From Macrostomum lignano (lineage: Eukaryota): 64,000 bases of DNA. The notes below the pieces were generated by a model. The model was not told the origin of the DNA and made no database searches. It saw only the letters and a list, made by a program, of their open reading frames with translations. Position numbers and translations under genes: made by a program. The number at the start of each line of letters is the position of its first letter. Within the stretch, counting starts at the first letter, position 1. Shown piece by piece: positions 49,985 through 61,652 of the stretch. Location of the stretch: the NCBI GenBank assembly GCA_002269645.1, contig NIVC01002670.1, positions 1-64,000 on the forward strand, written 5' to 3'.

Positions 49985-50476
49985 ATCATCCTGACATTGG
50001 CTAGACTAGCAACATATCATTATCAGCATTGGCTAGATTAGCAATCCATCAACATAGCATTGGCTAGATTAGCAATCCATCAACATAGAATTGGCTAGAT
50101 TAGCAATCCATCAACATAGCATTGGCTAGATTAGCAATCCATCAACATAGCATTGGCTAGATTAGCAATCCATCAACATAGCATTGGCTAGATTAGCAAT
50201 CCATCAACATAGCATTGGCTAGATTAGCAATCCATCAACATAGCATTGGCTAGATTAGCAATCCATCAACATAGCATTGGCTAGATTAGCAATCCATCAA
50301 CATAGCATTGGCTAGATTAGCAATCCATCAACATAGCATTGGCTAGATTAGCAATCCATCAACATAGCATTGGCTAGATTAGCAATCCATCAACATAGCA
50401 TTGGCTAGATTAGCAATCCATCAACATAGCATTGGCTAGATTAGCAATCCATCAACATAGCATTGGCTAGATTAAC
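49985..50476. repeat. 31-bp minisatellite CATTGGCTAGATTAGCAATCCATCAACATAG, near-perfect
   Basis: Direct reading. Confidence 0.97.
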
Positions 50477-50484
50477 ATACCAGC

Positions 50485-51211
50485 TAGGGGTCCCAAATCC
50501 CGGACATTTTACAATCCCGGGATCCCGGACAAGAAATTGACCCAATCCCGGGATCCCGGGCCAATCCCGGGATTGAACAAACAAATTTACGGGAAGCTTT
50601 CCCATTTTCCACAAAACAATTTGTCAACCAATTTGGGCATCATTCAGGTTTCTACTTTCTATGTCTAGCTTATACGAGTAGAACTGCATTGATAAAATAG
50701 TTGAAGTTACATGTAGTTGTTAGTTGTACATACATACTAAACTACACCCTCTCCCCTCGGATTAGGACCGTATACGCTGCGCTGGTGCCTCTCTCTGCCC
50801 CCAACACAGACCACCTCACACACACACACAGAGACTCAGACTCAGAACCCAGTGCGCACCCTACCCCCATTTTTCCCTTTCCCTTCCTTAGCTGCGCCTG
50901 CGCACTGCGGCGGGGCCCGGGCCAGTGGGCCCAGTGTCCAGGCCATCGCCACTTAGACAGTTAGAGTCTAGACTAGAGTCAGACCCCTTAGTCTAGTGAC
51001 TAGTAGTGCTTGATACAGTTGATTGATAGTCCTACTGTCCTTCATTCTATAACTTTATTCTCTCAAAACTGTTAAGTGCTAACTGCAAGAAGAAAAATAT
51101 TCACTTCTGCAAAGTGTAAATTCCAATCCCGTGTTTACCGGGATCCCGGACCCCTAATCCCGGGATCCCGAACACTAACAAAAAGCCGGGATCCCGGGAT
51201 TGGGACCCCTA
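50485..51211. mobile_element. Non-autonomous hAT-type element, 727 bp, just 3' of the SLC6-like stop
   Basis: TIR TAGGGGTCCCAA...TTGGGACCCCTA; perfect 8-bp TSD ATACCAGC (50477-50484, 51212-51219); subterminal ATCCCGGGAT motifs. Confidence 0.92.
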
Positions 51212-51292
51212 ATACCAGCATTGGCACTCAGCAACCTGTTGTCAAGCGATTGCACGCAGCCCCTTAGCAACCAAGCGCGTCCAGTCTTAGCT

Positions 51293-51941
51293 CTAATTGA
51301 AAGGTCGTAACTGTAGAGTCGCAGAAGTGAAGCCGACCTCCTCGCCACCGCCGACGCCGCCTCCTCGGCCGACAGTCGACGCCGCGGGCGTGGCAGCAGC
51401 CGAGCCCGAGGAGGCCAGCAGGCCGGAGCGGACGGTGCCGGGCCCGCTGGCGCTGCGCAGCTGGAACTCCTGCTCCCGACGCTGGCGTGCGAGCAGCCGC
51501 TCCCCAGGCAGGAAGTCGCCGTAGACAAGTCGACGACATGCGTCGGCGCTGCAACAGCCGCCGTCGTTGGCCTCGCCATCGTCGTCGGCACGGGCGCAGA
51601 CTGTCATAACAAGGAGGCCGACGCCGATTCCGAGTGCGGGCGGCGCGGCGGCGATCAGCCAGCCAATGACGCGGAAGCCGGCGCCGATCGGCTGCTGCCT
51701 GCCGTTGCCCAGCTCGTAGTGGCAGCCGGAGTTGGCCGGCTCGCTTGTGCTGGCCGCGGCGAACCAGCCGTAGCCGGCCAGCGACAGGGCGCAGGCGAGC
51801 CCCAGGGCAATCAGGTACAGCAGGCGGGCCACCAAGGACCTGGTGCGCACCCGGTAATACGCGATGAAGAATCCAGTTCCGGCGCCGGCTATGGTTACCA
51901 GCATGAACCGGTCCATGTACCAGTCGTATAGGCGGAGCCAC
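51293..51941 (-). CDS. SLC6-like exon 5 (TM10-TM12, C-tail)
   Basis: ctgcag|G TGG; open to stop at 51293. Confidence 0.75.
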
Positions 51942-54900
51942 CTGCAGTTTAAAGTGCATCCCGATGGATTACATTTAAGGGAATTGATTCTTTCTTTTCC
52001 CAGATACAGACTGATTCAAATTTAATTGACCTCGATTCCCAGATCCCCAAGCCCCGATTCCCAGATCCCCAAGCCCCAAATCCCAGATCCCCAAGCCCAA
52101 ATTCCCAGATCCCCAAGCCCCAATTCCCAGATCCCCAAGCCCCAATTCCCAGATCCCCAAGCCCAAATTCCCAGATCCCCAAGCCCAAATTCCCAGATCC
52201 CCAAGCCCAAATTCCCAGATCCCCAAGCCCCAATTCCCAAATCCCCAAGCCCCGATTCCCAGATCCCCAAGCCCAAATTCCCAGATCCCCAAGCCCAAAT
52301 TCCCAGATCCCTAAGCCCCAATTCCCAGATCCCCAAGCCCCGATTCCCAGATCCCCAAGCCCCAAATTCCCAGATCCCCAAGCCCCAATTCCCAGATCCC
52401 CAAGCCCAAATTTTCAAATCCTTAAGTCCCGATTTTCAGGTCCCCAAGTCCCGATTTTCAGATCCCCAAGTCCCGATTCACAGATAATCAAGTCTCGATT
52501 CCCAAATCCTCAAGTCCCAATTCCCAAATCCTCAAGCCCCAATTCCCAAATCCCGAAGCCCCAATTCCCAAATCACCAGGAACAAATTCCCAGATCCCCA
52601 AGCCCCGATTCCCCAGCTGCACTTACCAGTATCCGGACCGCAGGATGCAGGGGAAGCTGAGCGCCAACATGGCGGCACAGGCCAGCCCAGCGATGAGCCG
52701 GTAGACCCGAGTCTGCCGCTCTTCGACAGTTCGGTGCCGCCGACGCAGCCGGTCGGTAATGCTGTCAGCCGAGGCCACAATCAGCAGGGCCTGGGACAGC
52801 AGCAGGCAGATGTAGAGGCCGGCATAGTAGCAGACTGACACGGCGGGGTGGATGGAGAACTTCGACAGCACGTGGGGAATTAGGGTGAACGGCAGTGCAA
52901 AGCTGTGAGCCACGTGACAGCGCAGGTACTCCTTTTCGTAGGCTGGCGGTTAGCGTTTGACCGGATTAAAATTTCTTAAAAAATTATAAAATCATAATGC
53001 TTCACTCTTCCCCTTTAGGAATCCACCTGGTCTTAATGCCCCCTTAATCCCTGATCCTCAATCTGGTCGAAATGCTAACCTCGATTCCTGATCCTCAATC
53101 TGGATGCTAACCTTCAACCCCTGATCCTCAATCTGGATGCTCCCCTCAATCCCTGATCCTCAATCTGGATGTTCCCCTCAATCTCTGATCCTCAATCTGG
53201 ATGCTTCCCTCAACCCCTGATCTTTAATCTAAGCTTAATTTTTTTCTCCTAATCATACATTCTAATTTAGAAATTGAATTTTCCTTAACTCATGTGGAAA
53301 TCGCTTACCCCATGCGTAGCACACTACTGCCAGTAGTGCCGGCAAGTTAACTAGCAGCCCGAACAGCAGCACAATGGGCAGGAATGTCAGGTGCATAGTT
53401 TTTCGGCCTCTGCGCACCCAGGAGCCAACCGACGGCCAGACTCCATGCCACAGGTGCAGCGATGAGGCCAGGTGAACACAGGTGGACAGCAGGCCCCACA
53501 ATAGCGGCTCGAATCTGTATTGATCCCAGTTCAACTTGTCCAATGGGATTGTGGCCGCAAAATTCTGATAAAATCGTTGCCAGATTTTGCCCATCTCCTC
53601 CGTGTAGGCCGGCCCGCTGGTGGCGACAAAGCCGAAGGGCAGCAGCAGGAGGCCCAGCGACAGCGGCGCCAGGCCGTACAGCAGCCAGCCGAAGGCGCGC
53701 GGGCCCCACAGTACGGTGAGCAGGATGACTGTCCAGTTCAGCAGGTGAGGCACAATGTTCAAGCCGTCCAGTTGGAACCAGCGCGGGAACCAGTGGTCCG
53801 AGATGTCATCGGAGACGTCCATGTTGAAGTACAGGTAAAAACCCTCTTCCGCTGTGGGACCCTGCTGCGTTCTTTGCAGCATCCTGGGTGTCCGAATTGG
53901 ATATTTATATTTGGAATGAATCTGTGCGACAAAACAAACGCGATTCACACTAACACTGGGAACTTTTATTCACTGATTCATTCACTAACACTGGGAACTT
54001 TTATTCACTGATTCATTCACTAACACTGGGAACTTTTATTCACTGATTCATTCACTAACACTGGGAACTTTTATTCACTGATTCATTCACTAACACTGAG
54101 AACTTTTATTCACTGATTCATTCACTAACACTGGGAACTTTTATTCACTGATTCATTCACTAACACTGGGAACTTTTATTCACTGATTCATTCACTAACA
54201 CTGGGAACTTTTATTCACTGATTCATTCACTAACACTGGGAACTTTTATTCACTGATTCATTCACTAACACTGGGAACTTTTATTCACTGATTCATTCAC
54301 TAACACTGGGAACTGTTATTCACTGATTCATTCACTAACACTGGGAACTTTTATTCACTGATTCATTCACTAACACTGGGGAACTTTTATTCACTGATTC
54401 ATTCACTAACACTGGGAACTGTTATTCACTGATTCATGCACTAACACTGGGAACTTTTATTCACTGATTCATTCACTAACACTGGGAACTGTTATTCACT
54501 GATTCATTCACTAACACTGGGAACTTTTATTCACTGATTCATTCACTAACACTGGGAACTTTTATTCACTGATTCATTCACTAACACTGGGAACTTTTAT
54601 TCACTGATTCATTCACTAACACTGGGAACTTTTATTCACTGATTCATTCACTAACACTGGAAACTTATTCACTGATTCATTCACTAACACTGGAAACTTA
54701 TTTACTGATTCATTCACTAACACTGGGAACTTTTATTCACTGATTCATGCACTAACACTAGGAGCTGACGTTCACCAACACTAGGAATCTTTCATTCACC
54801 AACAGCCTCACAAAAGATACAGCAGCTTCAGCTCACTCTCGGCACTCGATCTTTCTGTTCCAAGCATCGTGGCAGCTGCCCCACATGAAGGTGGCGCCAA

Positions 54901-55399
54901 CACAGTGCCGACTATCGCACGGGTACACGGAGAAGAATATGTAGGACAGGCAGTGGGTCATAATGCTGGACACATAGATTATGCTGAAGATGTTTCTGAT
55001 TATCATTGCTATGCCAAAACCTGTGAAGACGATGGACAAATTAATTAATTTTATAGCCTTGCAATATTGACAAATTCAACTACAATAAATCGCTTGATAT
55101 TTACAGGACTCACCAAAGCTTAACGGAAAAAACTTTTCAAACAAAGCCAGGATTCCTCTCTGGTATTGGTTTCCCAGTCGGATTTGGACATATAGTATTG
55201 GCCAACCTATAAGTAGAATAAACAGAATGAATCCTGTTAGGGCCCAGCCTGATCCAAAGTAGAAACACTCTTGAATTTTGACAAATGCTGTTAGAGACAT
55301 AGTGCAAAATACAGCCAGTATAAGCTGCACCACTGTCCATTTTGCAGGGGCATCGACAAACTCATCAGATTCATTTTCCATAAGCATTGCAAGACTCAT
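51293..55399 (-). CDS. Divergent SLC6/NSS-fold transporter-like protein, 5 exons, 669 aa
   Basis: Exons 55399-55114, 55020-54837, 53883-53309, 52942-52627, 51941-51293 sum to 2010 nt with GT-AG sites and matching phases (1,2,1,2). By-eye SLC6 landmarks: GWPILYVQIRLG (TM2), PLSFGFGIAM (TM3), WGSCHDAWN (EL2), PTAEEGF, GYWWLRLYDWY (TM10), IGWLIAA (TM12). Confidence 0.72.
52030..52615. repeat. 22-bp minisatellite TTCCCAGATCCCCAAGCCC(C/A)AA (G-tract rich on minus strand)
   Basis: Direct reading. Confidence 0.96.
52627..52942 (-). CDS. SLC6-like exon 4 (TM8-TM9)
   Basis: ctaaccgccag|CC TAC; donor TG|GTAAGT, phase 2. Confidence 0.75.
53040..53228. repeat. ~32-bp repeat (CCCTGATCCTCAATCTGGATG core)
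   Basis: About 5-6 imperfect copies. Confidence 0.88.
53309..53883 (-). CDS. SLC6-like exon 3 (EL2-TM7)
   Basis: cacccag|G ATG restores frame; donor G|GTAAGC, phase 1. Confidence 0.72.
53945..54760. repeat. 35-bp minisatellite TTATTCACTGATTCATTCACTAACACTGGGAACTT
   Basis: Direct reading. Confidence 0.97.
54837..55020 (-). CDS. SLC6-like exon 2 (TM3, EL2)
   Basis: cttcacag| acceptor; donor GA|GTGAGC, phase 2. Confidence 0.72.
55114..55399 (-). CDS. SLC6-like exon 1 (TM1-TM2)
   Basis: Donor TTTG|GTGAGT, phase 1; start Met uncertain. Confidence 0.68.
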
Positions 55400-55869
55400 G
55401 AATACAAAACAGATCAAAACTTTGCTTAGACAAGAAAAACAAAGAAATTTAAACTTCAAAGCTAATGCAAGAGTATAATAGCATGGATGCTATTTCTAGA
55501 CATAAAACAAAGTAGATCTATGAAGTTTCATAGACAAATTCATTAAAAGGAGATGAGCTAGTTGGCCTCTAATAAAAATATTAAATTATACTATACTATA
55601 TACATTGCATATTAAATATATCTCCTTCAAGGAATCAAGGTAAGATATTCATCAAACAGCTAGTTTTTTATTTAGCTCGCACACCAAAATTTTCAATAAG
55701 TGATAATGCGTTTAGTGGCTTAATCTATTGGATATAATAAAAGAGATGTGATTATTTAGTTTTCATCCTACAAAGTGGATATGACAATTTTATAAGTAAA
55801 TATACTCGTACATTCATAATTATTACTAACGAAGTCAACAAAAAATTACGATTAAAAAGTTTAGATGAT

Positions 55870-56320
55870 ATATGTTGATCTCGATTCTCGAGACGCACTA
55901 ACGCTCTGCAGCAGAATTTATGTTAGCGCACTTTATTAATTTTTTACTTACTAATAAGGAAGCCGGCAAAATTTCCACGAACGAATCGTGGAAATAGCTC
56001 AGATTTAAAAAGTTAAATTTGTACTCATTTAAATAAATACGATAAACAGATAGTAAAATACGTTTTTAGGTAACGTTCTGTAACTGAAATAAATTTAATT
56101 TAAAGCGCATTTTTTATTTGAAGTATGTAAGAAAGACAATTATTTATGAATCTATTACTTATGTTTTCTTCGAAATGTGATTCCTTGAAAATCAATGGAT
56201 TTGGTTAGGCCGTTAGGGTAGCGGGAGGCCTGGAAAACCTCGATTTTTACCTTTTAATCATAGACTTGGCTTTTATCTTATTTAAAAAAAATAAAAAATA
56301 AGATTTATTTCCTAAACGAC
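55870..56320. promoter_or_regulatory. CpG-retaining patch, candidate bidirectional promoter for the divergent SLC6-like and POU6 genes
   Basis: Cluster of CGs between head-to-head genes with CpG-poor flanks; function inferred. Confidence 0.3.
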
Positions 56321-59023
56321 ATTGTACTTCAGTTTCAACCTTTCTTCTTGCAGCTAAGCTAACATTAACAATTAGGCCTTGTCTAGTCTAGTTGGTCTAG
56401 TTGCGGTTAATCTTTATGCTGCAAATTAATTATGGACAAATGGACAAATAATAATTAACATATAATAGTTAATAAAAAGTTTATAGTCATCATGATAAAG
56501 TGATTCAAGTCATTAGATGGGGATTTCATGTTTTTATTTAGTTTTCCTGAATTTTAGAGAGAATTCTAATTAATATTTAAATACTATTTAACACATTAAT
56601 ATATGTTTGACATTGTCATGGGATGGCACTGCCTGCAGGCTGAATTATAGCCTTTAGTCAATATAGGTCCTGCCTAAGCCTAAAATTCTAGATTCTAGAC
56701 CAGAGTCCAAATTAAAGGCAACAAGCAAAGTAAAAGACTAAAAATGCAATACTAAAACAACTAGACATAAGGCCTAGAGGTTAGTATTGGATTATACTTT
56801 CAAAATAACTAGCCTAGGCTTAGCCAATCTAGCTAATCAGATGAGTTGAAAAGGTTATTAACATTAAAGTTTGAGATTCAAAATTAATTTCCAAATATAC
56901 ACTAGGATAAAGACAAAAAAAGAGAGAGACAAGATAGGAAAAGGAATAAAAAAGGAAATATATAGAAAAGCGAAAGGTAATATATATCTAATACTATATA
57001 GTCTAGGCCTTAGGTCCCTACCCTAGTTAGGGTGGTTTACTGGTTTTATAATGTATTCTTAATTTTATAATCACTAAAAGAATTATATAGAATGTTTAAC
57101 TTTGACTATAATAGGGGCCTATGAATTATTATCTTAATAATAGTTAATCTAGGCCTGTATATTTTTGTGATAGCTAAATTTTTGATGTAAGAATTATTTC
57201 TGTCTTTATAAATAATCTCACAATGTCACCAAAGTTGTGATAAGGGTGAGCTTCCCTTTATTGATTAATAATATACTTTTGTCTCAATGTACTTATACTT
57301 ATTGGTAGCGTGCCTACTTCTTTATTGGTAGCATCTGTACTTGTACTATACTCTTTGGCCTGAGTAGTCTAATGGCACTGTCAACTCTATTTACTCCTAT
57401 AAGTTTTCTATCAGTCCTGGGCATTCCCTGGATCAGAGGGTCATAGCTTTATGCATTTTCCCTACCCTGAGGCACTTTTCCCACCCTGAGGCAATCTTAC
57501 TACTCTATAGTGCTTTACTGCCCTGAGGCGATTCTCGCTTTTAGTGGTTTTTGATTCTCCTAATAAGGGGCTTAATACTATAGAAATGAATAAGCCTCTT
57601 TGAACATTAGCAAATTTAATATAAGAACGATTGTATTATCTTTGCTTAGGCAAGTTTATTAGCTTGCTAATGAGTCAAGACAAATTGCTTTCCTGGCCTG
57701 TTCTGGCCTTCTATTTATATTACATTTTCAGAGCAAGTTTAAACAAAGTGGAATATTTTCGAACATAACAATAGTTAAACAAAATTTGCATAAATGTGAA
57801 TGTGCGAGCTTCTAAAAAAGTGTGGCAAAATGTAAAGTATTAATCGTGCATAAAAAGAGACTATCATTTCTTTACTTAACATAGGCACTACCTCATTTTA
57901 TAAATTTAAAATAAGTGAGCCTAATTGGGCCTAGTAAGTTTAAAATAAATAAGTTGTAAAGTTTTTATCTTTTTTATACTTATCTCAATAAATATTGAAA
58001 TTAAGTTAAGCTAAATTAAATAGATTTATGAAAATAAATAAATTTGCTATTAAGAAGTTTTGCCTTTGTGTTTATAAGTTTTTCTGTTTATGAAATTTTG
58101 TTTTTAGAAAATAAATATTTATAGTAGTTACAAAATGCTTCATTAAAAAAACAACCTATATATTTTAGAATATATCTTATATCTAGAAATCATCTATGAT
58201 CTATAAAACATTTTTATTATATTCTTTTTTATCTTTTATAATTTTTTTTGTATCTTTATTTATTAATTATAAATTAAGGGCTTCAATAGAAATGACTATT
58301 TAAATTATAATATAAAATTAAAAAAATAATAATAATAGGCTAGCCCTAGTTATGTTTATTTGACTTTAGATTCTTTATTTATCCTCTATTTATGACTCTA
58401 AACCATGCTATTAATTTTTTCTTTTATTCCTGGTATCATTTTATAATAATAGTTACAAATATATCTTTTTTTATTGGCTTAAGGCTAGGATATCCAAAGT
58501 ATTAATTGTGCATATAAGAATAAAAGTCTAAAGGCCATAATAATTTATCATATAAAAAAGACTAATGAAGAACAAGCCCAATAATAAGCATTTGAAAAAA
58601 GGTTTTGGACACTCCAATGCAATACCTTTGGTAGCATTGTCTTATAATTAGCATTGATTATTTATTCATACTGACAAACCATTTTTAGTATGTAGGATAT
58701 GATTGTTCTGTTTACTACTGAGAATGTTCAAGTGCATACAAACATTAAGCCCCAAATTAATGTTGCCATACATGAAATCAAAGCAGGGGTTATAGTGCCA
58801 TTGAGTTATTTTGACTACTTAAATAGAGCAAGAAAGGCTAAGCCTTAGTAGCAAAAGGAGGCTTAGATAAAGGGTGGATAAAAACAAAAAATATAATTTA
58901 TTAACTAGTCTGCACCAAGCTTAGCACTAAATATCTTTGCAGCTTTTCAAAAATAAGAGAATTTGCAATTGATTTTTCTTGACTTGCTGTTAGCTAAGTA
59001 TTTTCTGCCATCACTAATATGCT

Positions 59024-60547
59024 TTGCAGTCAATAGCAGTTAGCAGCATGTTGGGCAAGGCGGCTTTGCTGCTCAAACAGCAGCAGCCTACGCTGTTGCA
59101 GTCCTCCGCCCTGCCTCAGATGCCGCAGCCAGCTGGCATCGGTGTGTCGGCCCCACTCCGCGGCAGCCAGTCCTTTCTGCTGCCGCAGCCGGCCGGCGGC
59201 CCCATCGCCGCCATCGACGCCGCCCACGCGTCCGGCGAGCAGCTCCTGCTGGTGCCAACTCAGCTGCCGCTTGGCGCCCGCGTCGCCTCTGTGCCAGCCG
59301 ACCTTGTTGCCAGGATGATTGGCTCCGACCAGAAGCGTATCTCGGTTATCGTTATGCCAACCGGACACCTCATGCTGGCCGACGCCATGGCGCTGCCGGC
59401 CGGGCTGACTGGCGATGCTGACTGCGCGGCCAACGCAGCCGCTGTGGCCGCCGCCGCCGCGGCCGTGGCCAGCCGAGCCGGCCCACCAGCGCCCAGCGAG
59501 TCCATCAGCCTGGTCCGCAGCAGCGATCAGCAGCCAATCTCTTTAGTGAAAACTGAAGCCGAGTTGCCAGCTAGCACCGGCAGTCACGATGAAGATTGCG
59601 ACGAAGGCGAGCTGTCGCTGGAGGAGCTGAGCCGCCGGCCGGACCTGCATCGCAGCGTTGTAGACGGCGTCGATCTAAACGAGATTGGCCAATTTGCGCG
59701 CGAATTCAAACTGCGCCGGCTGCGTCTGGGCCTGACGCAGACTCAGATTGGCGCCGCACTGTCTGCCGCCAGGGGACCCGCCTACAGTCAGAGCGCAATA
59801 TCCCGCTTTGAGAAGCTGGACGTGACGCCCCGCTCCGCTGCCCGCATCAAGCAGGCCCTGCAGGCCTGGCTCGTCGAGGCTGAGGAATCCGCCGCCCTGT
59901 TGCCGCCAGATGAAGTCGCTGACGGCTCTGTCGATGCCACGGCCGCCGCTTCCTTGATGGGTGACGACGACGAAATGAAAGAGGCCGACCGGACCGCCGC
60001 AACTGAATCGACAGACGCCGGGAGCATCGATGAAGATCCGGCGCCAGCTGCTGATGCAGCCGAGCAGCCGCCGCCGCCACCAGTCCAGGCGTCCGGCGAC
60101 TGTGGAAGCGACGGCGCTGCCTGCGTCGGCTCCGGCAAGCGGCCTCGGAAGCGTCGAACTTCGTTCACACCGGAGGCTCTGGAGGCGCTGAACAGCTACT
60201 TCGAATTGAATCGGCACCCGAGCGGCGCCGAGGTCACCCAGCTGGCGCGGGCTCTGCGCTACAGCCGCGAGGTCATCCGGGTCTGGTTTTGCAACCGGCG
60301 CCAGGCCCTGCGCGCCAACACCGTCAAGCGGCTGCGGCCACCCGTCGCCGTTACCAGCTCCGCCGCCGCTGCCGCTGCTGTTGCCGCCGCCGCTGCTGCC
60401 GCGGTGGCAGCGTCTTCGTCGGCTTCGTCCGTGTCGTGCACCGCCGCTGCGTCGGCTACTGCTCCGACATCGTCGCCTTCACCGTCGGATTCGCCGGTGA
60501 ACCTTTGTCAGCACCAGGCGCCCGCGGCAGCGCTGGCAGCCTTAGCT
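59024..60547 (+). CDS. POU6F: POU class VI homeobox transcription factor, main exon (POU-specific domain + homeodomain)
   Basis: VDGVDLNEIGQFAREFKLRRLRLGLTQTQIG...GPAYSQSAISRFEKLDVTPRSA and KRRTSFTPEALEAL...REVIRVWFCNRRQ match POU6; donor GCT|GTGAGT at 60547. 5' end uncertain (ATG 59048 or an upstream exon). Confidence 0.93.
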
Positions 60548-60999
60548 GTGAGTTGGCGAGCCCGTGGGTGGTTTCCGGGCTCAAATTGAGTAGTTGGGGT
60601 TCGAATTCATATCCGTCAAGAGCCCAATACCCAAGGCAAAATATTAAGTGTCCCACTCATGCCCTTCTAGCCAAAAACATTAGCACTTGTGCTCTACGAG
60701 AATAAGTAGATATGTCAATTGCGAAAATGCGCTAGTCTACTTTTGCAGTAGCAAGATTAGTGTTTTAGCTTAGTTTTGAAAGCTGCAACAATCGCCTCTG
60801 GCTTTCCACCCATTTCTTCTCCAGACTGTCTCAGACACGAAATTTTCTGAGAATAATAAAGAATATTTTTAGTCTAATTTAATCGACTAGATATTGTAGG
60901 AAAACTTCAAAAACCCAAATCCAGTGCGTGTGCATAGCGAGCAAAAAAGAAAAAGGGTGGCGCCCCAGGCCCCAGTCAGGCCGATAAACATTTAGACTC

Positions 61000-61462
61000 T
61001 CTCCTGTGCTCTCATTGGCTGAGGTACTCGTAGATTGGGCCTTGCTTCTTCGCAGAGTTTCGTCCGTCTAAATTTGACCTCTCTCCTTATTGCTCTCTCA
61101 TTGGCTGAGCTAGATTGGGCCCGCCCCCTAGGCCCTAGGCTGAGTTTCTTCCATCTGAATGACCTCTCTCCTTATTGCTCTCTCATTGGCTGAGCTAGAT
61201 TGGGCCCGCCCCCTAGGCCCTAGGCTGAGTTTCTTCCATCTGAATGACCTCTCTCCTTATTGCTCTCTCATTGGCTGAGCTAGATTGGGCCCGCCCCCTA
61301 GGCCCTAGGCTGAGTTTCTTCCATCTGAATGACCTCTCTCCTTATTGCTCTCTCATTGGCTGAGCTAGATTGGGCCCGCCCCCTAGGCCCTAGGCTGAGT
61401 TTCTTCCATCTGAATGACCTCTCTCCTTACTGCTCTCTCATTGGCTGAGCTAGATTGGGCCA
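61000..61462. repeat. 85-bp tandem repeat in POU6 intron, ~5 copies
   Basis: Period 61081->61166. Confidence 0.95.
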
Positions 61463-61574
61463 TGGGCCTGCCCTAGGCTCGTTACTGGTTCTTAACCCCA
61501 TTTGCTCCCTAGTTGAAAGAAGAGAATAGAACAATAAAATCTAAAAAAACCGCCCGTGCAATCATTCCCCGCAG

Positions 61575-61652
61575 GTTCCCCAATCTTCGTCGCCAGCCTC
61601 CGTGTCGAGCGCGCCGACAACTCCGCCTCTGCGGATGGCGAATATTGTTTAA
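61575..61652 (+). CDS. POU6F: POU6 probable terminal exon (VPQSSSPASVSSAPTTPPLRMANIV*)
   Basis: cattccccgcag| acceptor, phase 0 matches donor at 60547, S/P/T-rich like the preceding tail. Confidence 0.65.
   Translation, partial: VPQSSSPASVSSAPTTPPLRMANIV

Noticed and set aside
30832-54760. Regular 21-42-bp repeats as possible CRISPR arrays
   Set aside because: Head-to-tail units with no unique spacers, no cas genes, and a eukaryotic context.
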